The notes under the pieces: model-generated
What the model saw: only the letters and a program-made list of their open reading frames with translations
Told to the model about the DNA's origin: nothing
The model's database searches: none
Assembly (NCBI RefSeq): GCF_009914755.1
Contig: NC_060942.1
Length of the DNA: 64,000 nt
From: the human T2T-CHM13v2.0 reference genome, Homo sapiens
Strand: one strand, 5' to 3'
Part shown: one piece after another, positions 1 through 23,226 of the stretch
Layout: the number at the start of each line of letters is the position of its first letter
Numbering within the stretch: position 1 is the stretch's first letter
Made by a program: the position numbers and the translations under genes

Positions 1-268
<268 letters not shown>

Positions 269-330
269 TACTTCTGTTAAATATTACACAAGGGTCCGAG
301 ATTTCATGTGTGGGCATCTTTGGGAAGGAC

Positions 331-690
331 TGTATTAGTTCATTTTCATGCTGCTGATAAAGACGTACCTGAAACTAGGAACAACAACAACAAAAAGGCT
401 TAATTAGACTTATATTTCCACATAGCTGGGCAGATCTCAGAAACAGGGAGGGAGGTGAAGGCACTTCTTACATGGTGGCAGCAAGACAAAATGAGGAAGA
501 AACAAAAGCAGAAGGCCCTGATAAACCCATCAGCTCTCAAGAGACTTATTCACTATCCTGAGACTAGCAGAGGAAAGACCAGCCCCCATGATTCAATTAC
601 CTCCCCCTGGGTCCCTCCCACAACATGTAGGAATTCTGGGAGATACAATTCATGTTGAGATTTCGGTGGGGACACAGTCAAGCCATATCA
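331..690 (-). mobile_element. THE1A-like 3' LTR
   Basis: tgtattag...ccatatca is the reverse complement of the THE1 LTR (TGATATGG...CTAATACA). Confidence 0.88.
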
Positions 691-1873
691 TTCTTCCCCG
701 GCCCCTCCAAATCTCATATCCTCACATTTCAAAACCAATCATGCCTTCCCAACAGTCCCCCAAAGTCTTAACTCATTTCAGAATTACCCCAAAAGTCCAT
801 AGTCCAAAGTCTCATCAGAAACACAGCAAGTCCCTTCTACCTATGAGCCTGTAAAATCAAAACAAGCTAGTTACTTCCTATATACAATAAAGGTACAGGT
901 ATTGGGTAAATACAGCCATTCCAAATGGGAGAAACTGGCCAAAACAAAGGGGTTACAGGACCCATGCAAGTCTGAAATCCAGCAGGGCAGTCAAATATTA
1001 AGGCTCCAAAATGATCTCCTTTGACTTCGGGTCTCGCATCCAGGTCACACTGATGCAAGAGGTGGGTTCCCATGGTCTTGGGCAGCTCCACCCCTGTGGC
1101 TTTGCAGGGTACAGCCTCCCTCCAGGCTGCTTTCATGGGCTGGCGTTGAGTGTCTGCTACACGCCATGTTTAGTTTTCCAGGTAGACGGTGCAAACTGTC
1201 AGTGGATCTACCATTCTGGGGTCTGGAGGATTCTGGCCCTCTTCTCACAGTTCCACTAGGCAGTTTCCCAGTAGGGACTCTGTGTGGGGGCTCCAACCCC
1301 AAATTTCCCTTCTGCACCACCCTAGCAGAGGTTCTCCATGAGCGCCCAGCCCCTGCAGCAAACTTTTGTCTGGGCATCCAGGCATTTCCATACATCTTCT
1401 GAAATCTAGGCAGAGGTTCCCAAACTTCAGTTCTTGACTTCTGTGCGGTCACAGGCTCAACACCACATGGAAACTGCCAAGGTTTGTGGCTTCCAGCCTC
1501 TGAAGTCACAGCCCAAGCTGTATGTTGGCCCCTTTCTGCCACAGCTGGAGTGGCTGGGACACAGGGCACCAAGTCCCTAGGCCGCACACAGCAAGGGGAC
1601 CCTGGGCCCAGCCCACAAAAACATTTTTTCCTCCTTGGCTTCTGGGTCTGTGATGGCAGGGGCCACCATGAAGACCTATGACGTGCCCTGGAGACATCTT
1701 CCCCATTGTCTTGGGGACTAACATTTGGCTCCTTGTTACTTATGCAGATTTCTGCAGCCAGCTTGAATTTCTCCTCAAAAAAAAAAATGGACTTTTCTTT
1801 TCTACTTCATTGATCAGGCTGCAAATTTTCTGAACTTTTATGCTCTGTTTCCCTTTTAAAACAAAATGCTTTT

Positions 1874-5306
<3,433 letters not shown>

Positions 5307-5715
5307 TAACAGCACCCGTCACTTTTTGAATGCTTTGCTTAGAAATTTCTTCCGCCAGATACCCTAAATCATCTCTCTCGAGTTAAAAGTTCCACAGTTC
5401 TCTAGGGCAGGGGCAAAATGCCACCAGTATCTTTGCTAAAACAAAACAAGAGTCACCTTTGCTCCAGTTCCCAACAAATTCCTCATCTTCATCTGAAATT
5501 ACCTCAGCTAGAATTTTATTGTCCATATCGCTATCAAAATGTTGGACAAAGCCATTCAACAAGCCTCTAGGAAGTTCCAAACTTTCCTACACTTTCCTGT
5601 CTTCTCTTGAGCCCTTCAAACTTTTCCAATCTCTGCCTGTTACCTAGTTCCAAAGTCACTTCTGCATTTTCGGATATCTTCTCAGCAACACCTGACTCTA
5701 CTGGTACCAATGTAC

Positions 5716-6061
5716 TGCATTAGTTTGTTTTCATGCTGCTGATAAAGACATACCTGAAACTAGGAACAAGAAAAGGTTTAATTGGACTTATTTCCAAATG
5801 GCTGGGGAGGTCTCAAAATCATGGTGGGAGGTGAAAGGCACTTCTTACATGGTGGCAGCAAGAGAAAATGAGGAAGAAGCAAAAGCAAAAACCCCTGATA
5901 AACCCATCAGGTCTCAAGAGAATTTATCATGAGAACAGCACAGGAAAGACTGGTTCCCATGATTCAAGTACCTCCCCCTGGGTCCCTCCCACAACACATG
6001 GGAATTCTGGGAGATAAAATTCAAGTTGAGATTTTGGTGGGGACACAGCCAAACCATATCA
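5716..6061 (-). mobile_element. THE1A-like 5' LTR
   Basis: Copy of 331-690, next to the THE1-int 5' end (actctactggtaccaat). Confidence 0.88.
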
Positions 6062-6484
6062 AGGACCATGTGTTATTTATTACCTGATAATAAGGTTGGC
6101 AAGGGGTGGCATTTCTGCCCAGGGATAGCTATTCCCATTGGGAATTCCACCTAGGAGGTCTGGCTAGATTAAAATTTTTCTATAGTCTATCCCAGTTTGG
6201 TGTCACCCTTGTTCCTTCTTAGTCTCCAGATCTCTGTACTCTTAGCAATTATGAGCATACTTTTGGAATATTTAAAGGTTTCCCAAGTATGGTTCTTTTC
6301 CTCTGCTTTTAAAGCAGAAGAAGGCATTTGCTATCTTATTAACTTTACCTAGTCTAAAGGAGTAAGTCTTACCCTCAGGGTGTGTGTTTTTTTGCGTAGC
6401 GTTAAAAATGCTCCCATACCATGCTTTATTTATATCCATTTTTAATGGTTAAAGGTAAAGCCAGCAGAGGGAACCCCAAGATAG

Positions 6485-6733
6485 TGATATGGTTTGGCTG
6501 TGTCCCCACCCAAATCTCATCTTGAATTGTAACTCCCACAATTCCCTTGTGTTGTGGGAGGAACCCGGTGAAAGGTGATTGAATTGTGGGGGCGGGTCTT
6601 TCCTGCACTGTTCTCATGATAGTGAATGAGTCTCAGGAAATCTGATGGCTTTAAAAACGGGAGTTTGCCAGCACAGGCTCTCTCTTTGCCCACCACCATC
6701 CACGTAAGATGTGACTTCCTCCTCCTATTTCCT
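6485..6733 (+). mobile_element. THE1 (B/C/D-like) LTR, 3'-truncated
   Basis: Begins tgatatggtttggctgtgtccccacccaaatctc; homology stops abruptly near 6733. Confidence 0.85.
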
Positions 6734-10361
<3,628 letters not shown>

Positions 10362-10530
10362 CTCAGTATTCTGTGCTTCTCAATATCCCACCCTTTCCCC
10401 TTTAAATTTGAAGCCCTCAAAGTCATCTCTGAAGAAAAGCATAGGCCTGTCTCCTGGGCACGTCCTTAACTTTGGCAAATAAATTTTCTAAAATGATTGA
10501 GATTTGTCTTGTCACTTTCTTCGATTGACA
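10362..10530 (+). mobile_element. 5' LTR remnant (last ~170 bp only)
   Basis: Aligns by eye to 19541-19701 with about 22 differences in ~160 bp. Confidence 0.85.
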
Positions 10531-13500
10531 TCCGGTAACCACGAAGGGATCCTGAGTGAAAGTAGCCTGGCCTGGGGCAGTTTGCCTTTCAGTGCTTGGT
10601 ACTGGCTCGGGCACCTTGTAGCCCAAACCAACAGGACAATTTGCCGAAGTCTGGGACCTCTTCCTCCAGGGATCCCTGATCTTCCAATGTTTCTCAGCTG
10701 GGGGGGTCTGAGGTTTATTCACTGTTTAAAAAAAAAACAACTCCCTTTTTGTGGGAGTTTTTCCACTGGCTTCCATCATGGAAGGTGAGTTTGTCTGTTT
10801 TTGCATTGGCAGAGAGCAGTCTCCAGCTTGGGCCCTATCACTAGGTAAGAAACTGGTTTGGAATTCTGTCTTGCAAATTCTTTAAATGACTAAAATTAGC
10901 ACTAACAACCAGCTGGTGCTAACTTCCTGCTTACACTTGGAGTGCTTAGAAATCGTATATTTTGTGTGATCATTGTTAGTTTTGCTTAACTGTTTTTGTT
11001 GCTTGTCTCTGCTTTGTGTGTGTGTGTATGTGTATATGTTTCAGTCCTTTCCCCAATCAGATGTGACCAACTCTGAACCCTCTAGCTCATGACTGTGGAA
11101 TCTTCCATGCTGGAGAAATAGAGCACCTTGCTTCCCTCAGCCTTCCGGGGCATTCTCAGGCAACTGAGAATCACCTGAGGGTGTCTGGGAGAAACGCTCC
11201 CTAAGACGTGCAGCAGCTCCAAATAGGTTTCCTCTTTCAGAAGAACATATTTAGGGTCTCATCTCAGCCGGCAGGTGCATATAAGGAACCGACCCGTCCT
11301 GCAACTTGAGCCCCTGACACACTTGTGCCAGGTAGCCGTGACACAGGTAGACCAAACCGGTTCAGGAGGTAACGGCCCTGAAAAGCCAGGTCTGCAAGCA
11401 GCACATTTTGGGTCCGACATATGTCCCGACTTCATCAAATCTGAAAAGGAGCTCTAAATTATGAGGAACAAGTCCTCTAAGACCCCAGCAGCTGCAGAAC
11501 ACAAAATTCCCCTTTAGAAACTCTGGCTGGCTATATGCAAAGTACTTATGGCAAATCACAAATCATCATGCAAATATTTAAACAAGTGGACCACTATAAC
11601 TAAAGCAGATTCTAAGTTACAATGACCTAAATGGGGATCTTTTGAGATGCCCGAATTAGTGTACCTGAGAACCAGGATAAAAAATGCAGGCACAACAAAT
11701 AAGCAACCAGAATGGGAGAGTTATTTTCAGTGGTACCTGGAGAGTAGCAAAAGGGGTGAAGACTGCCTCATCTCCCTATAGGAGGCAAACCAGCAACTTA
11801 GAAATGCTAATCAAGAACTCTCTAATCTTTTACGTCTCTTAAAGAAATCCTTGAAATCCCTTATTCCCACTTGGTAACTCCACCTACACTCCCACTGTAC
11901 CCTGACCTCTCTGAACTTCCCCAGACCAGATCTGTCCCACTTTTCTCCTTCATGTTTAACACTCGCTCAACAAAAGGCAGGCAGGAATCGGACTTCAAAG
12001 ACCCCAGCTGCTGCTGATTCCCCGACAGCCCCAATGGCAGCGTCTCATCTGGAAGATGTAGAAAAGGGGAATCCTATGGAGATTTCTCTTATGACCACCC
12101 CATTTTGGGAACAACTGGTAACAGGTAGCGGAGCCCCAGCGATTGTCTACCAACCTTGGTCAAAGGCTGAATTGTGAGTCATAGTTAAAGAATTTCCTGG
12201 CCCCCATAAAGATCCAATCAGGTTTGCCCAAGAATTTGAGCTCAGTATCAGAACCTATGACCCAGGTCATTCAGACCTTTATCAGCTGGTCCACATGTTG
12301 GTCTCAGAAGCTAAAGCTAAAGAACAGCTAGAAAAAGCACAATGGTCAGACCCTATAACAGATTTGACCCCTGAAGGCCCAGTAGAGCCACAACAACCAG
12401 CACCCCCCAAATCCAGAAGACAGGTGTAAAGATGCACAGGAGCAAGCAATGACTGTTAAATACTATTCCTCCAGTGCTCCAAAGGGCTGTGGATTGGAGA
12501 AAAATCCAGCAATGCTGCCAGAGCCCAAATGCATTAGTTTTAGATTATTTCACACATCTTGATATAACTTTTAGACAATATTGTGAGATGACAGCTGATT
12601 GCTTTGAAAATAAAAATGATACATTATTAAAGGCAAATTTATTAAACGGACTAGATGATGATTTAGCCACACTTGTAAAATGCCACATGATAAACTGGGC
12701 CATAGCCAGAACTAATGAACTGGTTAACTTAGCTGACCGATTATCCCACACTACGATAAAAAAGGAAAAACAGAAGATTGCTGGAGTTATGCATGTACAG
12801 CTAAAGCAATTAACTTCAAAACCTATCAGCCCCAGACAGGTTTTTAAGTTCTCTAGGTCTGAGAACCCTTCCCTCCCAGTCTGTTGCTGCTGTAAAAGTC
12901 CGGGACCCCTTAAAAGGGATTGCCTTAGGCTGAAATGAAAGAAAAGGCAGGAAAATGCAACTCAGGAAGACTAGGGGTGCTCCGAGAAAGTACAGGAGTT
13001 TCACGTCTCCAAATATTCTACCCTGACAAAAAAAACTGAGGGAGATTAATATAATAACCATGAGCTGACAACTGCCTTTATTGACACAGGCATGACTGTA
13101 TCTCTGACAAATCCCAGCTTATTTAGAAACCCCATTCCTCGGAGTAATAAAAAAGTTAACATGGTGGGTATGTCTAATAAAACAATCTTACGTTTTAAGT
13201 ACAAACCTTTACTTTCCCGTTTCATTGGGTTCAGCTCCCCCACCACAGACTCTAAGTGTGACGTGCTCAGCAGGTCCCACGTCTCTTATATGCCTTGCGG
13301 CCCTTGTCAATCTTTTGGGCCATGATCTCCTCAACATCCATAATGCCGACATATCTTTTTCATCAAAAGGTGAACTTTTTTAAGAATTGGAACCAGAGGA
13401 CCAAAAATACCAAATTAAAATAATGTCCTGACAATGTACCACAATTTAGTACCAGTAATGTTAAAACATAATCTTGTGACCAGGAAAATGAATTGGAGAG

Positions 13501-16500
13501 AGAGGAGGAAATATTAGGGGAGAAGAGAAGACATTGGAATAAAGAATAGGAAATGATAAAACTCCTCTTAGCTTCCCCAATTTTCCTGTTTACACCAGAA
13601 GCAGAACGCTTGCTCAAGGATGTCCGTTCCACTTACGGTCTCAGTCAAATACAGATATAGGGAAAATATTCTCAGCCATTCCCATAAAGGTAGAGATAAA
13701 CCCTAAGAAACCCCTACTCAACCTTAAACAGTTTTGTCTCCGATATTGTAGAGGAAGCCATAGATGGAATCGCCCCTATCATAGAAGATTACCTGAAAAG
13801 GGGACTCACTATTCCCTGCACAAGCCCCTGCAACAGCCCCATATTCCCTGTAAAACAAAAACAAAAACAAAAAAACAAGCAGGAGGGGATGGAGATTTGT
13901 ACAGGACTTGAGGGCAATAAATAATATCGCAATACCCAGACACCCAATAGTCCCAACCCACATATCCTATCAGCTACACCCACTATCAGCCAGTATTTCT
14001 CAGTTGCAGATCTCTGCAGTGCCTTCTTTAGTATTCCTGTAGATCCAGACAGCTGGTATTTGTTTACCTTTACTTGGAAAGAAGGGCAATATATGTGGAC
14101 GGTAATGCCTCAAGGGTATACACAAAGTCCCACTTACTTTTCCCAAATATTAAAAGCTGATTTAGAGGATTTAATTTTTCCCCAGGGCTCAACACTCATT
14201 CAGTATGTAGGTGACCTTCTCCTTTGTTCAGGCACACTATCTTCCTCCCAGGAAGATGGTCTATATTTACTCAAACAGCCACCAAAGGACACAAAGTGTC
14301 CAAAGACAAACTTCAGCCATGCTTGCTGCAAGTTAAGCATTTGGAGGCATATTATCTCAGTCAAAGGACTGAGTATTAACCCTGACAGAGTGAGAGGAAT
14401 TTTAGCTTTCCCAATGCCTGTGACTAATAAACAACTTAGAGGATTTTGGGTCCTGGCTGGCTATTGTAGAAACTGGATACCAAATTCTTCTTTATGACTC
14501 AAACTCTGTAGGCATACTTAAAAAATGAACAAACTGATCCCATCTTGTGGACTCTTGAGGGACAATCAGCTATACAACAAATAAAGGAAATTCTAACTAA
14601 TGCCCCAGCCTTAGGGCACCCAAACTACAAACTGCCTTTCTCCCTTTTCACACACAAAACTGGAGGTACTGCATCCAGGGTACTGATCCAGAAACATGGT
14701 GATCATCAGAGGCCTATAGGCTATTTTAGCCAACACCTGGACCCGGTGGCTTGAGGGCTGCCTCCTTGTGTGAGAGCAGTAGCAACCATGGCCCTTCTGT
14801 ACAAGTCTGTTGAAGAAATAAGTATGGGTTCCCCCCTTACCATTTCTGTGCCACATTCTCCTGAGACCCTTCTAAACTCTCATCATACTCAACGTGTGTC
14901 TGTCAACCGGTCAGCCTCTTATCAAATTTTGCTTGTACCATCTTCCAATATTACTACTTCCAGTATAATAATCTTAATCTGGCCACTCTCTTGCCAGGCC
15001 CTTCTGACAAGACCCCTCATGACTGTGTTCTGATGACTGACTGACTTCTCACCTCCAGGACAGACCTACAAGAGATGCCACTGGATCACGCTAAAATAGA
15101 ATGGTATACAGATGGGTCTTATTTAAGAGGAGAGGATGGAAATTTTGGAGCAGGATATGCTATAGTTTCCTTATCAGAGGTAATTAAAGCCGGTCCTCTT
15201 CTGGAAGCCAGATCATCTCAAGTGGCCGAGTTGATTGCCCTGACCCGTGGTTGTCAATTGGCAAAATACAAGGCTGCAAACATTTACACTGACAGCTGCT
15301 ATGCTTCTAGGGTTTGCATGACTTTGGGATGCTATGGAAAGACGGAGGATATTTAGCCTCCTCAGGGCAACCCATAAAAAATGTACAACATGTATCAGAG
15401 CTGTTAGAAGCTATTCTAAAACCCAAATGTTTGGCAATTATAAAAATCCCAGTCACTCAAAATTAGACACCACAGAAAGGGTAACCAATTGGCTGATGCC
15501 ACTGCTAAAAGAGCAGCACCCGAGCCACCAGCCCCAATCCAGGACCAAACGGCCATAAAACCCGAAACACTTAGAAACATGTTGAAAGAAACCCAGAGCA
15601 GAGCTCCTGCAAAAGAGAAATCTACCTGGAAACAGTCAGGGAGACACTTTTCTCCCAAAACTGAAATACAGTGTGGACCTAATAACCATTATTCCAGTGG
15701 GATGTCAGGTGCCCCTTATGGAATATGTCCATAATCTAACCCATTGTAACCCAGATAAAATGATATCCCAGCATAAACAATATTACTGGAAACCATCCTT
15801 CACAGTGGCACAAAATATTTACTCTTGATGTGTTATTTGTCCCTAATATAAAGGAAAGTCGCCCAGGGTCACTTTCCCCTTCCAGCTGGACCTTTTGAGG
15901 TATGGCAGCTTGATTTTATTCAGCTGCTATCATCTCAAGATTACAAGTATGTTTTACTAATGCTCTGCATGTTTTCTCATTGGGTTAAAGCTTTCCCTGC
16001 AGGCAAGCCACAGCCATGGCAGTTGGAAAAATCCTACTAGAAAAAATTATCCCACTGTGGCGAGTCCCAGGTGAACGTCACAGCGACAGGGGAACTCACT
16101 TTACTGGCCAGGTTATTCAAAATATTTGTAAAACTTGGCTCATATTTTCACATTTCCATTGTGCCTACCATCCCCAATCCTCAGGCCTAGTGGAGAGGCA
16201 CAACTGGCTAAATTCACCTCCAGGCATTTCACCTCCCCTAGCCCAAAGCACTCCCCCTAGTGCTGCTTAAACTCCAATCCACCCCTTTTGGAAAACAACT
16301 GTGTCCTCAAGAAATAATAACAGAGGCCCATGTGTATGGGAACAAACATAATCAACCCAACTTTTCTCAAGGGAGATATATTGCAACATTGTGAGGGACT
16401 TATCGCCTTAAAAAAAAGCCAAGATTTGATAAAGAATTCCTTTCATAGTGTGCTCCATGAAGATAAGGTGCCTGGTCACAATCTGCAACCCAGAGATTTT

Positions 16501-16904
16501 GTCTATTGGAAAAGACATCTAATAAAGAATTCCCTTCAACCCCAATGGAAGGGCCCACACCAGGTACTATTGACTAATCTATGTCCCATAAAATTAGAAG
16601 GTGTAGACTCATGGATTCATCTCTCTCATCTTAAGGCACAACCTCCTGAGTGGATTGTAACTCCCACCAAAGACCTTTGCCTCCAGTTCACTAAACATTG
16701 ACCTTCAACCCAGGATTAGAAGCAGACAACAGCTGTTGTGGACTGCTTAAACCCAAGACACAGGACCAGGCCTGTACACAAAGAAATGCCTATGTTTACT
16801 GCACAATAACCATTACAATTATTGTCCTAGATATACTGTCATCTGCTGTCTAATAAAGAACAGGGCACTTGCCTTGTCTGATTTAACACCCTTTAGTAAC
16901 TAAG

Positions 16905-18597
<1,693 letters not shown>

Positions 18598-18900
18598 CCT
18601 GACCTAGCTTCCAGTTTTGCCCTCCTTTTGTTGCTATAAGTCTGGCCTAGGTCCCTATACATTTTTCTTTTTTTCCTCTTTTTTCCTTTCCTCCCTATTT
18701 TTTATCTTCGTGGGACATGATCTCCTAGGAATGAGCATTCCTCGTGACGGAGGACTTGAACTTCTAGGAATAAACCATCCCAGCAACAACAAACCAGCAG
18801 GTGGGAAGAAAGGAGGAAGCAGCAACCTGAGGCCAGGAACCCACATTCCTTTTTAAAATGCTTTTCTCCAAAAGATTTTAAAGAAAAAAAAGGGGGGAAA

Positions 18901-19701
<801 letters not shown>

Positions 19702-19863
19702 ATATATACACACATACATACGCATACACACACACATATATACGCGCACGCACATGCACACATATACATGTCCACACACATGCACACACACGTACATATG
19801 CACACATACACATGTACACATCCACACGCGCCCACACACACACACACACAGACGTGTCTCACA
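19702..19863 (+). repeat. Imperfect (CA/TA/CG)n alternating purine-pyrimidine tract
   Basis: atatatacacacatacatacgcatacacac...cacacacacacag. Confidence 0.9.
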
Positions 19864-20324
19864 CCACAGCAGCCGCCTCGGGGGAGTCACAGCCCACGCA
19901 TCCCCAACACTGCGGTCGCGCTCACTTCTCTTTCCACGCCCGGGGGGAGCAGCTTCCCCGCTGGGCCACGCTGACTCTGGGGAGGCGGGCGGGGCGAGAC
20001 CACTTCTGGGGAGGACGCCCAATCTGGGGACTTTCTCTAGGTGCCCGGGGAGAAGGCGGCGCAGCAGCAAAGCCCTGGAGGGCCCAGTGGCGGAAACAGA
20101 CGGACCCCTCGCAGCCTCCCGCCGACAGCGGCCCTGCCCAGGTCTCCAGGCTTCGATGCCTTCGTTGCTTTGTGCGGCGCACCCGCCTACGTCAGTTCCC
20201 AGTATTTAAACAAAACGTGTTCCTAGCTACGCAGCGCCAGGCAACCAGGCGGTTCCCACGCTTCCCCGAGTGGCACACCCTCCGCGCAGCCCACGCGGCC
20301 TCCCCACGCCCAGCTCCCGCCGGC

Positions 20325-20950
20325 CCCGCCTCGCGTCGTCCTTCGCCCCGCCCCCGTTGCCGCCCCCCCCGCCCGCACACTGCCCACCTGGCGTTGTCTT
20401 CACCCCGCCTACACGCCGCTCGCTTCGCTCTGGTAGTCGCCCACCTCGCGCTGCCCTTCTCGCTTCAGTCTTCGCCCTGCCCACCCACCGCCCACCTCGC
20501 GCCAGTCTTCGCCCCGCCCATTCACCGCCCGCCTCGCGTCAGTCTTCGCCCCGCCCAACCACCGCCCGCTTCGCGTCGGTCTTCACCCCGCCCACTCGCC
20601 GTTCGCCTCGCGCCTTCGCCCCTCCCCGTTGTCGCCCCGCCCCTTCTTGCGTCCAGTCTTTGCCCCGTCCCTCGCCGTCGCCCCGTCCACACGCCGTCAG
20701 CTTCGCGTCTGTCCTCGCCCCGCCCACCTACCGCCCCCCTCGGGCCTTCGCCCCTCCGCCGTCGTTGCCCCGCCCGCCTTGCACCCCGTCTTCGTCCCGC
20801 CCCGCGCCGTGGCCCCGCCCACACGCCGTCAGCTTCGCGTCTGTCCTCGCCCCGCCCTGCATCATCGCCCCGCCCACACGCCGCCTGCCAGGCGTGAGTC
20901 TTCCTCCCGCTCTGCGCCGTCGCCCCGCCCACACGCCGCCACCCTCGCGT
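20325..20950 (+). repeat. Degenerate C-rich tandem array built from gtcttcgccccgccca units
   Basis: Recurrent gtc(t/g)tcgccccgccc; near-exact ~46-bp duplication at ~20679-20725 and ~20812-20857. Confidence 0.7.
20388..20480 (-). other. Candidate divergent non-coding first exon (possibly a distal TXNL4A start)
   Basis: Minus-strand donor-like CAG|GTGGGC at 20388/20387; G-rich minus strand; TXNL4A is recalled as the head-to-head neighbour of RBFA. Boundaries cannot be proved from sequence. Confidence 0.3.
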
Positions 20951-21013
20951 CAGTTGTCGCTCCGCGCCTGCGCCCGTTGTCTCCCTGCTCGCTCCGGGTC
21001 CCGGCGCCGCGCC

Positions 21014-21171
21014 ATGTGGGCTGCGGCGGGCGGGCTGTGGCGCTCCCGCGCGGGTCTCCGGGCCCTGTTCCGTAGCCGCGATGCTGCGCTATTTCCAGGC
21101 TGCGAGCGGGGACTTCACTGCTCTGCTGTCTCCTGCAAGAACTGGCTCAAGAAATTTGCCTCGAAAACCAA
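21014..21171 (+). CDS. RBFA: RBFA exon 1 (coding part): Arg/Ala/Leu-rich mitochondrial presequence
   Basis: gccATG start; [22 protein letters not shown]...KFASKT; donor GT at 21172; 158 nt. Confidence 0.95.
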
Positions 21172-21639
21172 GTAATGCGGCGGGGGCGGTGTCCCTGGGC
21201 GCGGTATTCCCTAGGGGGCGGTGTCCCCGGGTTGCGGTGTCCGCTCATCCGCGTTCTTGCGCCCATGCGGCCTAGCTCGCCAGTTCCTGCCTCCTGGGGT
21301 CTGCAGCAGTTCTAGCTCTCACTGTCAACATTTGCAGCTTTTGTGTTCGTGGACGTGTGTCGGGTTAAGAAAACAAAGTGACAATGTGTGTTTATTTTGA
21401 TTCTTGTCACCAGACGTATTTTTCAGAAGATTAGTTTCAGAAAATGAGGAAAAATGAAAAAATATAAGAATTTCCTTGCTAATGTTGACTTTCTGTGTGA
21501 ATTTGAAGACTAAAGCTTGTCATGATAATTAGTGTTTTTAAATTATGAAAGATAAGTACAATAAAATACATTGACTTTTCACACTGCTTTTAGTTCTTCT
21601 AAGTATGGTAGGTGGTTGTATGTTTTCTACTTTAATACA

Positions 21640-22900
21640 CTACTTTTAAAGACAGTTTTAGACCCTGCAGAAAAATTGCAAAAATAGTACCGCGTTCCTG
21701 TGTCCTGGCACCCAGCTCCCCCTGTGTTAGCGTCGGACTTTAGCTTCCATCGTGTTCCAGTTAATGAGCCGATATTGATGAGTGTTGCTAACTGAAGCTC
21801 ATACTTTATTCACTTTTCCTTGGTTCTGCCTGCTGTCCGTTCCTGTCCCAGGTGCCCACCCAAGGTCCACGTTACATTGAATTGTCTTGTTTCCTTAGGC
21901 TGGGGTAGTGTCCCAGACTGTCCCTGGTTTTGATGGCTGTGCCAGTTTTGAGGGGTACTGGTCAGGTGCTTTGCAGGATGCCTCTCTGTTGGAATGTGCC
22001 TGTTTTTTTAATGCTTAGACGTGGATTATGGCTTTTGGGGAGGAAGACTACAGAGGTAAAGGCCATTCTCATCGCACCGTATCCAGGGTCCACGCTGGCC
22101 GTGATCCCCTGCATGAGGTGCTTGCCAGGTTTCTCTACCGTAAAGTTACTCTTTTTGCCCCCTTTCCTTACTGTACTCTGGGAGAAAGTCGCTGTGTGCA
22201 GCCCATGCCTAATGAGTGGGGAATTTTGCTCATAAGTGGTTTGCATTCTGCACAAGGGATATGTCTCTTCACCCCATGTATTAATTCATTCATATCACCA
22301 AGAACTCATGGGTTATAATCCCGTGTTACTTAGTTTTGTTCGAATGTTTCCAGCTCAGGCCCTTAGGAGCTCACTAAGCTCCTATGTCCTGTTTGCATAC
22401 CCTGTCATTGTGGGGTTTTGCTGGGTTCTGTGTGTGTTAAACACTTTCCTACTTTCTGGCACTACAAGATACTCCAGGCTCATCTTGTGTGTTTCGTACC
22501 GCAGCCCTAAAATCAGCCATTTCTCCAAGAAGCCCTCGTTCCTTTTATTGGAGAGAGAGATTAGAAACCATGGGTGCTGGGTGTGTTCATTGCTTCTGGG
22601 GTGTCTGTCTTTTGGGCCATCTCATCTGACGAAAGGATATATGTGTTTCTACTAACCCTTGTGTAAATATGCACCTATAAACATTTCCGTGTATAGCCAT
22701 CTGTCTCCAACTCCAGACGTACTGTGTGGATCATTCTAGCCTCCTCTCCTTGCTTATCTGTAAGTCGCACTCCAATGGTGAGCGTGGCTCCCACCATCCA
22801 TTTGCTTAATTGTTCAGTCTCAGTCTATGCCTATAACAGTATCTGAATCCTTTACTTGAACTTCCATGGGAAACATCTTTATCAATTAGCGTATAGTGTT
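21640..22900 (-). mobile_element. Old L1M (L1MC-like) 3' fragment in intron 1
   Basis: ttttagaccctgcagaaaaattgcaaaaatagtac and following sequence resemble L1MC 3' ends; strongly diverged. Confidence 0.55.
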
Positions 22901-23183
22901 TCTGTGCAGTTTGGTAGGTGTCTTTTTAAGATCCTCTCTCTAACCTTGGGACTAGAAGTAGAATTTAGGTAAAAATTATGAGGTTGAATTAAAACCATCT
23001 TCAGCCTCTTCCCCACAACCCATGTTGTTATCAATTAAATTCTGAAATTTTTTAAGATGTCCAGTAATGTAACATCTAAGTTTAGCCCCTTATAAACAGT
23101 TATGGTATCATAACCTCTTAAATTAGCTTATGTAACTTTTTGACTTTGCCATCACTAACATAATGCTTATTTTCTCCCCAAAG

Positions 23184-23226
23184 AAAAAAGGTTTGGTATG
23201 AAAGTCCTTCCTTGGGTTCTCACTCG
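23184..23226 (+). CDS. RBFA: RBFA exon 2
   Basis: ttttctccccaaag acceptor; (K)KKVWYESPSLGSHS; donor gtgagt; 43 nt, restores frame. Confidence 0.92.

Larger units (their letters stand above)
19870..21290. promoter_or_regulatory. CpG island and RBFA promoter, probably bidirectional
   Basis: Very high GC and CpG density, many CCCCGCCC GC boxes, no TATA box near the ATG, spans exon 1. Confidence 0.9.

Noticed and set aside
11500-16701. ERV gag/pol ORFs as a co-opted gene or active virus
   Set aside because: Fragmented by stops and frameshifts; catalytic YVDD reads YVGD and the zinc-knuckle His is lost
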